Origin: Takakia lepidozioides
Lineage: Eukaryota > Plantae > Bryophyta
Assembly (NCBI GenBank): GCA_030704615.1
Contig: CM060733.1
Location: 76,136,001 to 76,200,000, forward strand
Reading direction: 5' to 3'
Length of the DNA: 64,000 nt
The position numbers were made by a program, and so were the translations under genes. The notes under the pieces were generated by a model that saw nothing but the letters and a program-made list of their open reading frames with translations, had not been told where the DNA came from and searched no databases. How positions within the stretch are numbered: position 1 is the first letter of the stretch; every line of letters starts with the position of its first letter. This document shows positions 12,161 to 26,170 of the stretch, in pieces.

Positions 12161-12679
12161 ATTTTTTGAAAACTCAAAAATATGTATATATCACAATGCA
12201 AATTTGAGCTCTAGACCACCTGCAAACCATGACCACCACCATACCACTAGGCTAGTCCATGATTCTTGAAGCTAATGTATGTTAAACAGTAATATACAAG
12301 ATTTTTTATTTTTATTTTTTATTTTTTTATTTTTTGGTATCATTTTTGAGATAAACCGCGCGGCCCCAGCCCTGGTGTTTGGTACCATTGGAAATCCCTC
12401 AATGATGAGGGGTGCACCGGCTTGGTCTCATAATTTTGGAACTTGCGGTGTGGGAAATATGAAATTTCAACTACTTTTGGTCGTTGGAAACTCGCAAAAA
12501 ATAGCAAAATGGGCTTTCTTGCGACAATAGAACAAAACCAAATATAAGTATACATACCCCAAGATCATTGAAAAATTGTGTCCACGCCTCGGTTGGGGTT
12601 TGTCGGGACCTTATAAATCTACAATTGCATCCTCACGACAAATGTGAACTCATTTCCTTATAGTGTGTATTTCAATCTT

Positions 12680-13292
12680 CAGTGGTGTAAACCAAACTTG
12701 TGACCTAGTTGTGTCCGTTACATTAAGTCGCATCAGATTTGACGCTGATGCGACCTACGTCACATCCATTTTTAATAGCAAAAATAAATATGTGTGAGGG
12801 ATAAAACAAATGTCACATCACCAGTCATATCACATTGACTAACATGTTGGCATATTAACAACACGACAGTTAAATAAAAAATTTAAAATAATAATTACGA
12901 CTACAATATATAGATGATTGCGTTTAAATAAAATTAAAAAATACATATGACCGCCAATATTGACACTCGTACATAAGTTTTGAAACAATACGTGCGACCG
13001 CTAAAATTCGGCATTTGTATGGTATTTTTTTTACTTCAAAATATATGTAACCGTCACAGCGATTGGAAATTAGAAAATTAAAATGTATTTGCGACCAACA
13101 TAATTGGCTGTCACACCTATGAGAAAAAATAAAAAATTACATGCGAGTCCCTAACTTGGCGATCACATTAAGTTTTTTAAATATTAAATAATATAATTTA
13201 AATAACATTAATAGCGGCGACGACTAAATTTCGGCTTTCACAGTAATTAAAGAATACAAAAAATTGAAACGACGCTAGAACTGTCGGTCGTA

Positions 13293-13362
<70 letters not shown>

Positions 13363-14280
13363 TCTTTAAAATACTTTCACATTCTTTAAAATGTGACAAG
13401 TAAGTGTCCACATCCCCCAAAAATTACAATATAAAAAATAATCAATTAAATTAAATTGTAACGATTAGAAAGGCCGTCACATCCCCCGGCCATCGCCGTG
13501 AGTACGGCGATGGAGGGGCGACCGTCGTCGTTATCCCCCAGCGGATGCCCGATCATTTTTTTATTTTAAAAAAAAAATTCACAGCCACGGTCGTCCGGCG
13601 ATCGGCCAACCGATGCAGTCGCCCATCAATCGCCTGACAAAGAAAATAAAAATAAATTTTCACGGACTCAAATTTAATATTATTTATTAATGTCGGCAGT
13701 CCAAATTTTAAAACTGTCCATGGCAATATATATATATATACATCTATTTATGATTAATTTTTATTAATATCAAAACCGTCAAAACTTACAGTCTTATTTC
13801 ATTTTAGTTTTATTGAAAACAAGACCCCGACCTTGGCGGTCGTGATATTAATAATAAACTAAGATCGTCAGTTTGGGCAGTCATAATATTTTTTAAATAA
13901 TATTTAGAAAAAATAAAATAAAGATAATCAATTATGATGGTCTTGTTATCAATAAATACTAATAATAAAATAGTAGAAATTTTAGGATTGTCAACTGTGG
14001 TGATCCCGATACTAATTAAAATTATATTAAAATTAGATTTAGAACCATCAGCTTTGATGGTCTCGATTTTAAATAAATAATAATAAAATAATAACATAAA
14101 TTTTTGGGAACGTCAAAGCTGTTAATTAAATAATATTAATCATAATAGCAGTCCCATCTGGTGGTCCCGATTTTAATTTTAAAAAACAATTAAAAAAATT
14201 AATTGCCGTCGCTTTACGGTCGTCTTGCGGTTGTCCAACCGTTGTCCGGTCGTCGTCTTCGCCAAGCAGTCACCTGAAGC
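12680..14280. mobile_element. Degenerate non-autonomous hAT-like element
   Basis: CAGTGG start. GACGCTGATGCGACCTACGTCAC (~12741) matches the motif at ~33468. Decayed CGACC/GGTCG repeats in A/T-rich sequence. No clear TSD. Confidence 0.4.
13295..13358. repeat. (AT)n microsatellite
   Basis: About 32 perfect AT units. Confidence 0.97.
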
Positions 14281-15085
14281 CGGACGGTTCAGTTTCAATT
14301 TATCTCGCGTATTTCATTCTTGCACCTCGGAATTCTCCCATAGTCCGCAGCTTTGCAATTACATTGGCGATTTCTTGAACATTCGAATCATGCAACCCGA
14401 TATGTGCTTGCATCCCGATTCAAACAACGATTGCAACAACAGCCTCATCTATCAATGAACAACAGCTATAGGTGCACAAATTATCGCGCAGATTATTTTT
14501 TGAGTGTTTTTTTAGCCAGGAGAGCCGAATTGCACGTAGACAGTGCAGAATCATGACCATTTGTTACAGAAACGGCAAAACATCGACACAACTACTGGTA
14601 TGGCCCGCAAATGGAAGACATCCATGAAGCCAAAACGCTCAGGAGGTTATAGGGTATCTGCAAGGAGTAGCAGTTGAAGGCGTTCGATTCCAGTCGTCCG
14701 TTCGAACATCTAGAGGCCGATTATACGAATGCAGGCAACAGTCTGTCTGTTTCTCACCTCAACGTTTGATCGCTATTCAAAATGAAGGCAATCAAGGAGT
14801 GCTTTGCTTTAAGAAGAAAACGTCCGATGGGTTGTGCTTTAAACGACACGATTGACAACAGTATCGCAACGTACATGTATCAATTTTCACGTTGTTCCAA
14901 TATGGTTTCATGAGGACGCTGGAAGCGTGGAGCATGCATACTCATAGTTACGATTTTATTTCATGCTCGGATATGTCACATGGATCAAGCATGGGTCCCC
15001 TGTGTGTTCATTCATGCAAACAGACACTCCAGTGCCAGCAGCAAACTACTGGCAATGTATTCTTTTTCCCAGGAGGACAATTAAA

Positions 15086-18000
15086 CCCTAATGGACGAGT
15101 CGACCTGATTCGGGTCGATTGGATATTTCGACCGTCGGTGGGCCCCTTGGATGAATCTGGATGAAGATGGGCCCTGAACGAAAGTTGTAGCCCTTGAGAT
15201 TATGTGCCGGACAGAATTTATTGCACCCTAATTCGACAAATCTTGCGTCGTCAGGATTTTTTGAAGTGATGATGAGGACCCAAAATCCAATGGTTTCTGG
15301 CTCTCCACGAGCTTTGACCTAGCCACGTGGCAGGCAAAATGGGTGTCGGTGGCCCGATGCCAGCGATCGGGTGCATGCAGGGTTGGCATGTCCGCCCGTG
15401 CGGACATGGGATGCCACCCTGTGGCCAGTGATGGGTGGCGGTAGCGTGGAAGGGGCTCTCTCTTTGCGCGCACAGAGTCTGGGTTCCTGGAGCTTGCAAA
15501 TTGTGGCCCCTCTCGCATTTCCTTGGCGCTTTTGTGTGCAGGTTTCGCTTGATCTTCTGTGGATCGCCCGCATTCGCTTCGTAGGGGGGTGTATTTCTGG
15601 GCTTTATTTTCAGGTCATGGCGACTTACCTCTCCCAAGCTCGAAGCGGCGGGAGCTGTTCCGTTTCCTGCTGTGTGTTCTAGACATTACAGCTCGGGGTG
15701 TGATTGCATTGACGCAGCTGTTAGGGCTGAGTGTTTGGCGTTTAGATTCTTGTGCCCTGCCGAATTTTCATTATAATGCAAGTTGTCATTTTTTCTTGCA
15801 TGTCGTTTTGTGAAACGATTTTATGCATTTGGGCTCTGTGTTTTGTGTGGTAGGGGATGGTTGCAGGGGAGTGTGGTGTGTTGGGGTTTCATTTTGCAGC
15901 TGGTTTTGGAGAGTTTGCGAAATTCGCCGAGGTACATCCTTCTTTCCTGTGCTTGGAGAAGATGGGCCATCTGCATTGATTCATCGTGAGGGCTTGCATT
16001 CATTTCCTGTGATCTCTGTCGGTCTCAAGGATTCGTATGGCACCAAAGAGGAAGGACACTCCTGTGCCTGAGCCACCGTCGCCCCCACCCAAGCTTGCAG
16101 CTGTCGCGGAGGTTATAAGGGAGTGGGCGCTTGAGGAGCAGCACTGCACTCCCGAGCAGTGCAAGGTAATATTGGGGTGTCTGTCTCCTGCCTTCCTCTG
16201 AAGTTTGCCTCCACCGCCGTTCGCCAATCGTTGGCCTCGCCACCCTCGTCCTCACAATTTTCGCTTTCTGTTTAGATGTCAGGTGGCTCTAGTTCTTGGT
16301 TGGAGAGAGAGAACAGAGGAAGGTGATAATGAAGGGTTCAGTGACGCTATGAATTTTGTTTTGAGAGATGATGTCTGGCCCGATGCCGATAGTCAGGCGT
16401 CTGAAGGCGTTGGCTCGTGCAAAGAGGTCGGTTCCTGCAAGTGTGACAGCACCTCCCAAAGGTGTGGCGAGGAAAAAAAATAAGGGAGTGGTGAATTCGG
16501 GTGTTGTGGGATGTGTTGGCGGGCCTCTGGGTGCTGGGAGCATGCTTGCCGTCGGTCGGGCTGCTTTGGGGGACATGCATCCCAACACTGGTGCACTGGT
16601 TCCTTTTGGTGAGGGGTCTTTTAATCCTGTTTTGGGCCACGATGAGGCCTCCTCCGACATGGACGAGGATTTTGAGGGTGACAATGGGTACATGGGCGAC
16701 TCTGCTGACGAAGCAGACTGGGAAAACGAGGTGGTTGATATGGAGTGTGATGAGGAAATCTCGGCCGATTTTGTGGAGATGTTCAAGGCGAAGACGTGGG
16801 AAACCAACGCAGGCTCTGACTTTGTGAGTGATAGAGCTGCATTTTTTGGCCCTCAACCTGGTCCCTGCCTGCCTGAGATGAAGGGCTCACATCCGATTTG
16901 GTTTTTTGGTTTGTTTTGGAGGCGGCAGGTGCTTGGGCGAATATGTAGGGAGTCCAATCGTTATGCTGCTGAACCTTTCGGTACGGGCACTTGTGGGGGG
17001 CCTCGGTGGAAAGAGCTCACTGTTCCTGAGCTCAGGGTTTGGATTGGAGTCTGTGTCTTCATGGGCATGAAGAAGTTGCCCCGAAAATGATTTTTTTTTT
17101 GCATTACTCGGAGACATTCTTCACTTGTTCTGTCATCCGCAAAGTGATGACTCGAGATAGGTATGAGGCCATACTCCGTTGTTTGCATCTTATTGACAAC
17201 GCCACGTTGGTAGCAGATCGTAAGAGTCGGAATTATGATAAGCTCGGAAAGCTTAGGTGGGTGTGTGAGGAGATTGTGGATAGGTGTAAAAGTCTCTGGA
17301 ATCTGAACAAAATGGTGACTGTCGACGAGGTGATGATCCGTTACAAGGGGAAGTACTCCCCAATTAGGATGTATATGCCTAAGAAACCATGCAAATGGGG
17401 CATCAAGGTGTGGGCCTTGGCTGACTCGGAGACTTCATATGTCTACGACTTTTCAGTGTATGCTGGTAAGAATGCAGGAGGGCCAGATGGCGAGAGGCAG
17501 AAAAGTGGGAAGGGAGAAGGTTATGATGTGGTCACCCGGCTGGCCGACGGGCTGCATGGTTTGGGCCATGTCATTGTGACTGATAATTACTTTACAAGGG
17601 TCCAGCTTCTATATGACATAGCCAAACTTGGCACTTGGGCCACTGACACGGTAAAAGTGAACAGAAAGGGTCTCCCTCCCTCTTTGCTGAAAATGAAAAA
17701 ATCCAAGACTGCCAAGCAAGGGCAGTCATGGTACAGGATGCATGAGTCCAGGGAGGTGGTTGCTGTGTTGTGGTGGGACAAGAAGGGTGTATTCTTACTG
17801 TCATCTGCAGCTAGGCCAGCTTGCAGCCCTTCCTCTCCTGTGACTGTACGCCGTTTTGTGGGAAACCAGAGAGTGCCTGTGCCATCCGTACCTGCACATG
17901 TGCAATACCAAACGTACATGCGAGGGGTGGATGTGCAAGACCAGCTCAGGGGTGCGTACAGCTTGCAGCTACGCACAAAGAAATGGTGGCATCGTCTGTT

Positions 18001-19690
18001 TTTTTTTCTTATGGATACCACGCTAGTGAATGCGTATATCTTGCATTCTGCAATGAGAGAAGGAGGGGGCGTCGGGCCATGACCCATCTACAATTCAATC
18101 TGGCTGTGGCATATGGTTTGACAGGGGGTTGCTGCACTGACAACATTGACACCACGAGGGATTCAGAATGCACGTTTGTGCATCAGTGCCTTCACACCAC
18201 ACGGCGGCGAGTGTGTGTTATGCGCCATGTTCGTACTCACCATTACTGCCCTGGCTGCGATGGCAACCATTTGTGCCTTGGGCGGTGTCGGAATGAGGCA
18301 CACCGGCATGCCTTGAGGTGACTTAATTCTGGCTTGTTGCACTATCTTCTTTCTTTGTGTGTGCATATGTTTGTGTGGGTGGGGGTTCACCAGGGTGTGG
18401 GACTGCATGCAGGTATGCTGGAGGCTGTGGATGGTGTGTGTGCGTGGGACGTGGGGTGTGGGTATCTCTGATCTGTGGTGGGTATGGGTTCTTCTCAGGT
18501 TGGGGGGTTGTGTGTGTCCATGTTGGTTGATGGGCAGTGGGGGTCATGGGGGGCTGGTGGTGACGGTTCAGTGGCAGTGGAGGGGTGTGGGGGTCATGTT
18601 GCTGCTGGTTGATGGGCAGTTTTGGGAGTGGGGGGGTCATGGGGGTCTGCTGCTTGCTCATTGTGGGCTGTTTTGGTGATGGTTCACAGGCTGTGGGGGT
18701 GATGGGGATCTACTGCTGCTGGTTGAGGGGTTGTGGAGGTGATGGGGGTCCTTCAGTGTTGGCGTGTGTGCGTTGTGTTTGGGTGGTTTCACAGTTTTTT
18801 TTTGGGGGGGGGGTGTCTACACACTGGGCAGATCGGGGGGTTCAACTCCCCCCCAGTTCGTGGATCATGTCTTCGGGGTGGTGTGTGGTTTGGGTTCGCT
18901 GCATTCAAAGGAAAAGCAGGAGCTCACGGGGAGCTTGAACACAGATGGGGCCACATTCGTGACGGTTGGTAGTTGTTAGTTTTTCAGTTGCCTGTCAGGT
19001 GGAACGCCGAAACGTCGGGCGTTCCCGGGCCCTTTTTTGGGTGTCGATTACGTAGCCCCCTTTTTGTAGCCGGAATTGTCTACCGGCTCAGGCAATACAT
19101 GGCCTGAGCTGGGATTCAAGTAGAAATACACGTACTTAGAAATCTCTGCCTGCATTTTGGTTAGAATTCAGAAATTCTTTTTGGAGGTAGTAGGAAATCA
19201 TAGGAGGAACAATTCCACTGGTGGAATTCTGGTTCCAATGAAAATTTCGACCCCTATGGCTGAATTACAGGTCAATTGAAGCAAATAGTGCTTTTTGACC
19301 CCCCTGTTTTCCCATACAAAGGAACCCTATGCAGATTTTGGAATTCTGCTTTGCAAATTTGGGGCAAATTGCTTTAGGTGCCTGAGAATTGGAATGTGGA
19401 TGGGGTCTTGCAAGGAATTTTTTTTTTTTCGGTCCAACTGCCTGGTCAAACCAATTTTTCCCTCTAAAATTGGAATACACTACAGATTTAGAGCTTACCA
19501 TTTTGTTATAATCTTCCTAATGACACGGTGAAATGGGCTGAAAGTCTTACAGCAGGTGCATGAGGTAGGTAGCGTCCTTTTCATACGGTTGATCCCTGTG
19601 GATGTTTCTTAGTTGGGAGATATACCCTCATCCGTGAGGGTATGTGCTGTTTTGGAGTGGGCCCACCAAAAACAGCCTTGTCTATTAGGG
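15086..19690 (+). mobile_element. piggyBac-superfamily DNA transposon, ~4.6 kb
   Basis: Left TIR CCCTAATGGACGAG (15086-15099), with TTAA at 15081-15084. Right TIR CTTGTCTATTAGGG (19677-19690) matches at 12/14, both mismatches C>T. The element contains the piggyBac transposase. Confidence 0.8.
16368..18321 (+). pseudogene. piggyBac transposase (DDD) with C-terminal cysteine-rich domain; two homopolymer frameshifts
   Basis: Catalytic motifs VDEVM, TDNYFT and GVDVQDQL; YMPKKPCKWGIKVWALAD; KKWWHRLFFFLMD; CRD VCVM..YCPGCDGNHLCLGRC..AH. Frameshifts at the T-run ~17090-17100 and the G-run ~18064. Confidence 0.92.
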
Positions 19691-21509
19691 GTGAAAGCAT
19701 TTTGAGTGGAGAGAAGAGTCTCTTGGTCCTTTGTCCATTTTTTCTTTGTATTTTGTGCTATGTTTGTCCTTTGCTTGTTGGAGTCTTTTGTACTTAGCTT
19801 GGTCGTACTAACAAAGGAGTGGTGGGAGCTTGGGAAAGATGGGACTTCTAACCCTCCATAGTGGCCAAGAGGCCCATAGAGTTGTCATTTGCTTTGTGAG
19901 TCTTGTTTTCGTCTTGATATACTAGAAAAGAAAAGATCTAACCCTAGAGTACTAACAATGCAATGGGGTCTCTAATTTGGGTGGGTGTTCATTTTCTTTG
20001 GCCACTAGGCCTTCTTTTTATGTATAAAGCTAACCAAAAAGCAAAAGAAGCTAACCAACAAACCATTGGATAGATGTTTGTTAGTTGGTGAGAAACCTTC
20101 ATTGATTTTTATGTTTTTTGTTTTCTTTGAAAGCAAATGAGTGAGACCTTGTGTCATTCAAGCTGACCTTGATCTTCAACAATGTCTTGGTAGTTAAGCA
20201 TTAAAACCCCCCTTAGAAGAGAGAATGGGGGAAAGCTAACACCTTGTTTGTGTTTTTTTTTAGCTTTTTAAGGTTGTTGGAAATTTATTTTCTCACTAAA
20301 ATTAAATTTCCAGGCTTATTTTCATAGTCCTACAGGGCCTCCAAGTCTAGAAAAGCTTGAGAGGACCTTACTAACATGTGGGCTAGAAGACTAACTCCAT
20401 GAGGGTTAAACAATGATGTTTTTTTAGGTACTATGCAATGTACTATGACATGATGATGATGACGGCCTAAAAAAGATGCGTCCCAAGGACATAAGATTGA
20501 CAATAGCCTAAACTTGGCTATGGTGGGTGGGCGGGCTGCTGCCACCCCAGTGCTTTAAGGCATTGGGGCAGTTGCAGGGTTGAGTGGATAAAAAATGGCA
20601 GATCCTGCTCCATGAAAGTCCATGACCAAAAAACAAAGTTGAGGATACTATCCCAAATTTTTTATTCGTGATAGATAATGGTATACTGAACATATTTAGT
20701 AAAGAGTCCTACCCCAAATATTAAAGATATAATTAATTAAATATTTTAGTATATTATTTAGAGAAATTATGAAAAACTAAAAATTAGAGTTTACAAAAAA
20801 CATTCAATATGACACATAGCCATTGAAGATTATAGGTTTTTATACTTCTAGAAAAAAAATAACACCCAAAATCCAAAAATCAAGATGAGCTATGGACTTT
20901 TCAAAAAACGCCTATTTGTTTTACATATATTAGTCCATATGAGTCAAATGACAAATGATTTTGCCACTTCAAATCCATACCTATGATGTGGACCAAAATG
21001 GCCACCTTATGTCCAAATTTCAATGGAATTCATCAATGGCACATAGGAGAACTTGAGTCCATTGTAATTCCATTCATTGCGGTAACACTCCACAATGACG
21101 GTGTTCAAAAGTCCATAGCGGAGTCATTTCTTATCGGATTCATGATTGGAGAGTTGCTATAGGTGCGTATTGAAGCTAGGAATCCAATGACATATATATT
21201 TGCTGGTATTAATGAGTTAATTCAATTTCAATTGATGACACCGTCAATTGCAGTCATTTAAAACTGTGCTGGTAACGTCCATTTCGGTCTAGTCAACCCT
21301 GCATTCACCCATTGACCTCGATCTGCTCAAGGTGTTTGACGGCCAATTAAGCTGCACGACAGGCCAACTAAGCGGGGCATGCGCCCTACCTTTAACTCGA
21401 TTTTAATATTACTAGACCCCGTGGTCCGTGCAACGGACTGCAGGGCTGCGACCAGTGGTCCGGGCGGGCAGCCTATGGCGCCGCGCCACACTGCCGGATC
21501 TTGGCTTCC

Positions 21510-21870
21510 CCGTAAGCTATCAACCACTTGAGTGGCTGGTGATCCGTGACAAGGGTGAAGAGATTGCCGTATAGATAGCACCTGAAGTGTGCCACGGCCC
21601 ACACTGCAGCAAAACACTCTCCTTTATATGAGCTATACTTAGCCTCTGCAGCGTTGTTTGAGCAGCTACCATAAGCCACTACGAACTCTCTTCCCTCATC
21701 ATCCACATGTGTGAGCACCGCTCCAAGCCCCAGCATGCTCCAATCTGTATGCAGCTGAAAGGGACGCCCCCTGATAGGTCGTCTCAAGATAGGCGCCGAG
21801 GTCAACCTCGCCTTGAGCTCTTGAAAAGCTCGTTCCTGCTCATCTTCCCACTACCACTGGACCAGTGGGT
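21510..21870 (-). pseudogene. Ty3/Gypsy RT-connection/RNase H fragment
   Basis: TSAPILRRP..FQLHTDWS..GLGAVL..VVAYGS.SNNAAEAKYSSY.GECFAAVWAVAHFRCYLYG..FTLVTDHQPLKWL. Confidence 0.9.
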
Positions 21871-24589
21871 AAAGAGATCTCTCTTATCCAACGATATAAC
21901 TTTTACGGGGGGTGCTAGGAGTTGAAAAATCTAATGGATGGTTAGAGTCATGGTCAAAAGGGGTTGCCTTAGTATGGGGTCGTTACAGCCTACAGTGTCC
22001 ATTTTTTGTTGTCACAACACAGTTTTCCTACACATAGATTGATGGTATATATTCACACTCTTCAATCGACTGGAATATTTGAATAAAAGACTCTAAAGGA
22101 TAATATGCACTCGAGGCTTCACCCACTCTTTCAAGTTTCATTTCAAAATACTAAGTATATTGAAAGTTAAGGACTTTTTTAAAAGTCCCTAGTAAAATGT
22201 CATAGTCCATAATCCGATGATTATGTACTTTGTTTTTGTTCAATTTTCAATGTCACTATAAAAAAGGACTCACATTATGATCACCCCCATTTTGAGGAAT
22301 CTAGAACGCCTTATCTTACACTAAAATATGTAGTCCATAAAATGTTAGGGACTTTTGAAGAGCATAGAAATTAGTTATTTATGTATTAAGCTTTACTACA
22401 TGAAAAACATAGATTTACAAGAACTTCCTTCACAAAAAACACACATTTCCCATAGGTTGAGGGCATAGATGAATTAGATTTGAGAATTTCGTTATTTTTA
22501 ATTTGAGTTTATTTTTATTTTTATTTTTATTTTTTAAAAGCCCGCCCATATTGTTTTTGACATGGTACTTTTGGCCGACGGTCTGGATCGACTCCATCCG
22601 ACGGTCAAAAAAATTATTTTTCGAAACTCGCACTAGCTTAAGGACATGTACTCGTGATCGTGTCGCATTATGGACACTCTAGGCTGCAATCACCCTGTGT
22701 TATGTTCTTTGCGGCTAGGCCGAAAATCGGACTAGGATGTTAAGGGTCCCGGGGCCATCGTTTTGATATGTCATAGGTAGTCAGAAGGGAAGACGGCCGC
22801 TCGGCTCACTCTGAGTCACCTTGTCCACAAAAAGCGGACGAGAAATACAAAGCTTTTGAATAGGGTAGAAGGGGGTTTGGGATAGGAGAGGGAGTCATTT
22901 CCGTTGGCACCTAGGCTTAAATTGCTCTTAAGGAAGGAGGAGGAACGAGCAATGGACCCACCAAATCATTTTATATAGGGCCAAAAGCGTTAAGCAGTAT
23001 TTCATAAGGCAATAAGGCCATAAGCAGTATTTCATCCATAAGATGAATGAACGGTGGATGAAGACAAGATGATGAAAATGTAATTTTCATCCATTTGCAG
23101 GGATGAACAGTGGATGAAAAAACAATTTTTCATCCGCTGTTTGAAAAGCCATTCTAGCTCCGGGGGGGGGGGGGGGGGTTGAACCTAGGACCTAGAGGCA
23201 TATGGAGTTATATATTAAGGGCCTAGGGGGATGTTTTGACCTATATGGCCAATTCCCTATGGTTTCCTCACCATGAGAAAGGTTTTTGGGCAATGAGAAG
23301 GGGTTAGTGAATTATCTAGAGGCCAAGCCATAGGTCATTGGAAAGATAAATTCCTACCTAATGCCTACTTTTCTAGAATTAGGGAATTTCCACCCTAAGT
23401 AATTAATTTTAAAGGGGTTTTCTGCTTAGAAATTACCAGAAAATGTGAATAGAGGTAATTAAATCTAGGATTTTTATTTTTATTTCCTATTTAGATGAGC
23501 TTACCTAGGATAGTAGTTTTCTCATTTTCCTTATTGAAATCTATTGCTAGAAAAGACGCATGAGCCCTAAAAATTAGCGGGAAATTGGGATATTGTTCTG
23601 TAAAGCACTTTTCTTCTAGGCTAAGGTATGCTCTCCCCTCCGGATAGCGGGAACGTAGGGGACCCCTTTGCACACACGTGCGATCCGGGGAAGCGTGTTT
23701 GTGAAGCAACCTCGACCTAAGCGGTTTGCCCTTAACACTTTGCAGAGTCTTTCGGAAGCATGCAATCCAAGCGGAGAGGACCTCCCAAGGAAACTGACAG
23801 GCTCCGGGGTGAAGACGTGTTAAGGCACATAAAGAAGTCTTGAAAGACAATTAGTTAGGAGTAGATTCCATAGGTCACACGAATGAGTTGCCCCGCGAGT
23901 GTAGGAGTTGGACCCTGCGTTTGCTGGTAGTTCAGATAGCGGGAGGATTTCCCTCCGTTGACCGCTGACCCTCCCCCAAGATTAGTGATACATCTCACAG
24001 GTGGGCGGTTCTTGAGCCTAACCCACCTCATCGCCGGACTCCAGGCCTTGGATTGACGTCGTCTTTTCTCCTCAGGATTGCGCGCACCTTATAAACCTCC
24101 ATAATGCAAAGTAAACATTGTACTGCTACTCTGTTGTGGGCTGCCAACATAGGGTTAGAATCCAATTAAATTCTTCCTATCCTGGACAATCCTGGAATAT
24201 ACAAGCTATGACCTTCATTTTGATAGAAAGGGGTTGCATCCACCTCGAATCGATTTGGTTCAAAAATCCCCACTCCCTGCACACCACATACACATTCCAA
24301 TGGCATCAGAGCAATAACTTTCACAGTACCAACATTGATCCTACTAACATGATAAATCCTTTAGGTTCTGAATGAACCCTCCAGAAAGCTCTCCACATAG
24401 AAAGATATTGAGGCAAGTTTTCAAACGAAGCATGGTGCCTAGTAGGATCTTCCAATGGTTATTCCTCCTATTTCCATTTATTTCCAGTTTGGGCCCAGTT
24501 CAAAAAATGAGCTTTAATGTTCTACCCAGAAATCAGGGCCCAAAGAGGATCACAGGATCTCATCCCAAGCCCACAACTTAGAAGAAAAG

Positions 24590-25716
24590 TGGTGCATTCA
24601 CAATTCAGTTCATTCTTGTGGAGAGAGTCAACCTGCTCAGGAGAACACCCACTGAATTGGATCGCAAATGGATACTTGTAAGCCATTAACGATTATAGAG
24701 GTGATTAATCATAAATAGGGCAGAATCTTCATCAGAAATAGGGCTTCCATTGTTGGCAGCAAAAGTGGCATGCGATGTGCTTCTTCATGCAGATGAATTG
24801 CAAATTAGTAGTTGGGTCAGAAAGGTTGGTGTTGCTTATATAAAACTTTGATACGCGGGCATGATGTCTAACTGCCGGCAAAAGCCTCGCCTCAATGCCC
24901 AATCAGGTTCCATGCTTCTCTCTCTCCCATACACACTCTGTCAGTTACTACCTGCCATGATTCCTTCGCTATCAATGGGTTTCATGTTGTTCTATGTTTT
25001 CTACTCACAATTTGCGGTGTCCCTTCATAAACTGGTTTCCTCAAGGAGGAAAGGAAAGCTGACCAAGGGAAGTGGGCATCTGACACTCAATAGCAATGTG
25101 CCTTTGCTTAGCAATATCCCAATGGTCCAGTTAGGGTATAACAGCCCATGTGCCGAGGTATTTTGTGTCCTCCATAGTATCTGTAGATTCTGAGTTATCT
25201 ATGTGTGCAGGTTGTCGTGCAGGTTGAGCAAGAAAGACTGCCATCAATGCAGGTTGAGACACCCATGCAGGTTGAGCTCGATCTATCTGTGGAGCAACCT
25301 GCAGGCACTGATGGATCAGAGGCAATTGCGGAGGAGCTAGCAATCCCACCTCGCCTCCGATGCCATGCTATACGAGCACCTCATCTGCTCCCTTTCCTAA
25401 CTCCATGGGAAAGAAAAAGAAATCAACGGCCGGCACCGACCTTCTGAATGCATTCAAAGTTGCGAGTGAGAGCATGGCTAAGAATTTGGAGGAGGAGCGG
25501 AAAAAGAAAACCGAAAGGTTTGAGAAGAGTTTGCAGTTGCAAAAGACCAAGTTCGAATTGGAGGTACACAAGGCTGAGATCGCCGTTAATGCAGAGCAAG
25601 AGGTATTAATGGATAGGAGGGAAGCATCCGTGGACCGACGAACCATGGTTAGCCACTTTGGGAAACTTGTTGAGCATTTCGGGAGTCTTGTGGACAAGCA
25701 GGGACGTCCAAGCTAG
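24590..25716 (+). pseudogene. Probable PIF/Harbinger accessory (Myb/SANT-like) gene remnant
   Basis: RRTPTELDRKW trihelix-like helix at ~24640-24670. Basic KKKKS plus coiled-coil C-terminal ORF 25360..25716. Convergent with the Harbinger nuclease. The family assignment is inferred from position. Confidence 0.45.
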
Positions 25717-26170
25717 CCCAATAGTGGAGATAATAGTTAGAATTCTTTGTTGAACTGAGATGAATGAGGCACATGTAGCTGGGAACACCTGTTGTGTCTT
25801 CCAGAGATGTCCATTGTCCATATGACCTTGATGGCAAATGGATAGTGTATGCAATAGAAAGGGTATGTGCATATCTTTATCAAGTGACAAGTGAGCCATG
25901 TATTTGACTTTGACTTTGAGACATTTGAGGCATTGACTTTGAGACATTTGATAATCTCTTTCACTTCTATGATCTTGGTTGTGAAAAAATGCAGCTCACT
26001 TTTCTGTTACCCTAGGGATGTTTTGTTTCTTGAACTGCAATCTGCTACTTGCTTCTGTCACTGTTGTATTCTCAAAGTGTTGGGATGGTCAGCTACTAAA
26101 TATTTCTTCCTGAACATTGGCTAAGCAATCTGGAAATTGGCAAATGAACGTGCTCGAATGAGCTGTGCAG

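Noticed and set aside
18323-18979. Pro/His-rich and Gly/Cys/Trp-rich ORFs
   Set aside because: GT-rich low-complexity sequence in the piggyBac 3' region, with no domain motifs.
22600-24100. Possible LTR or other TE terminus
   Set aside because: It looks repeat-derived, but I could not define boundaries, a PBS/PPT or a TSD.
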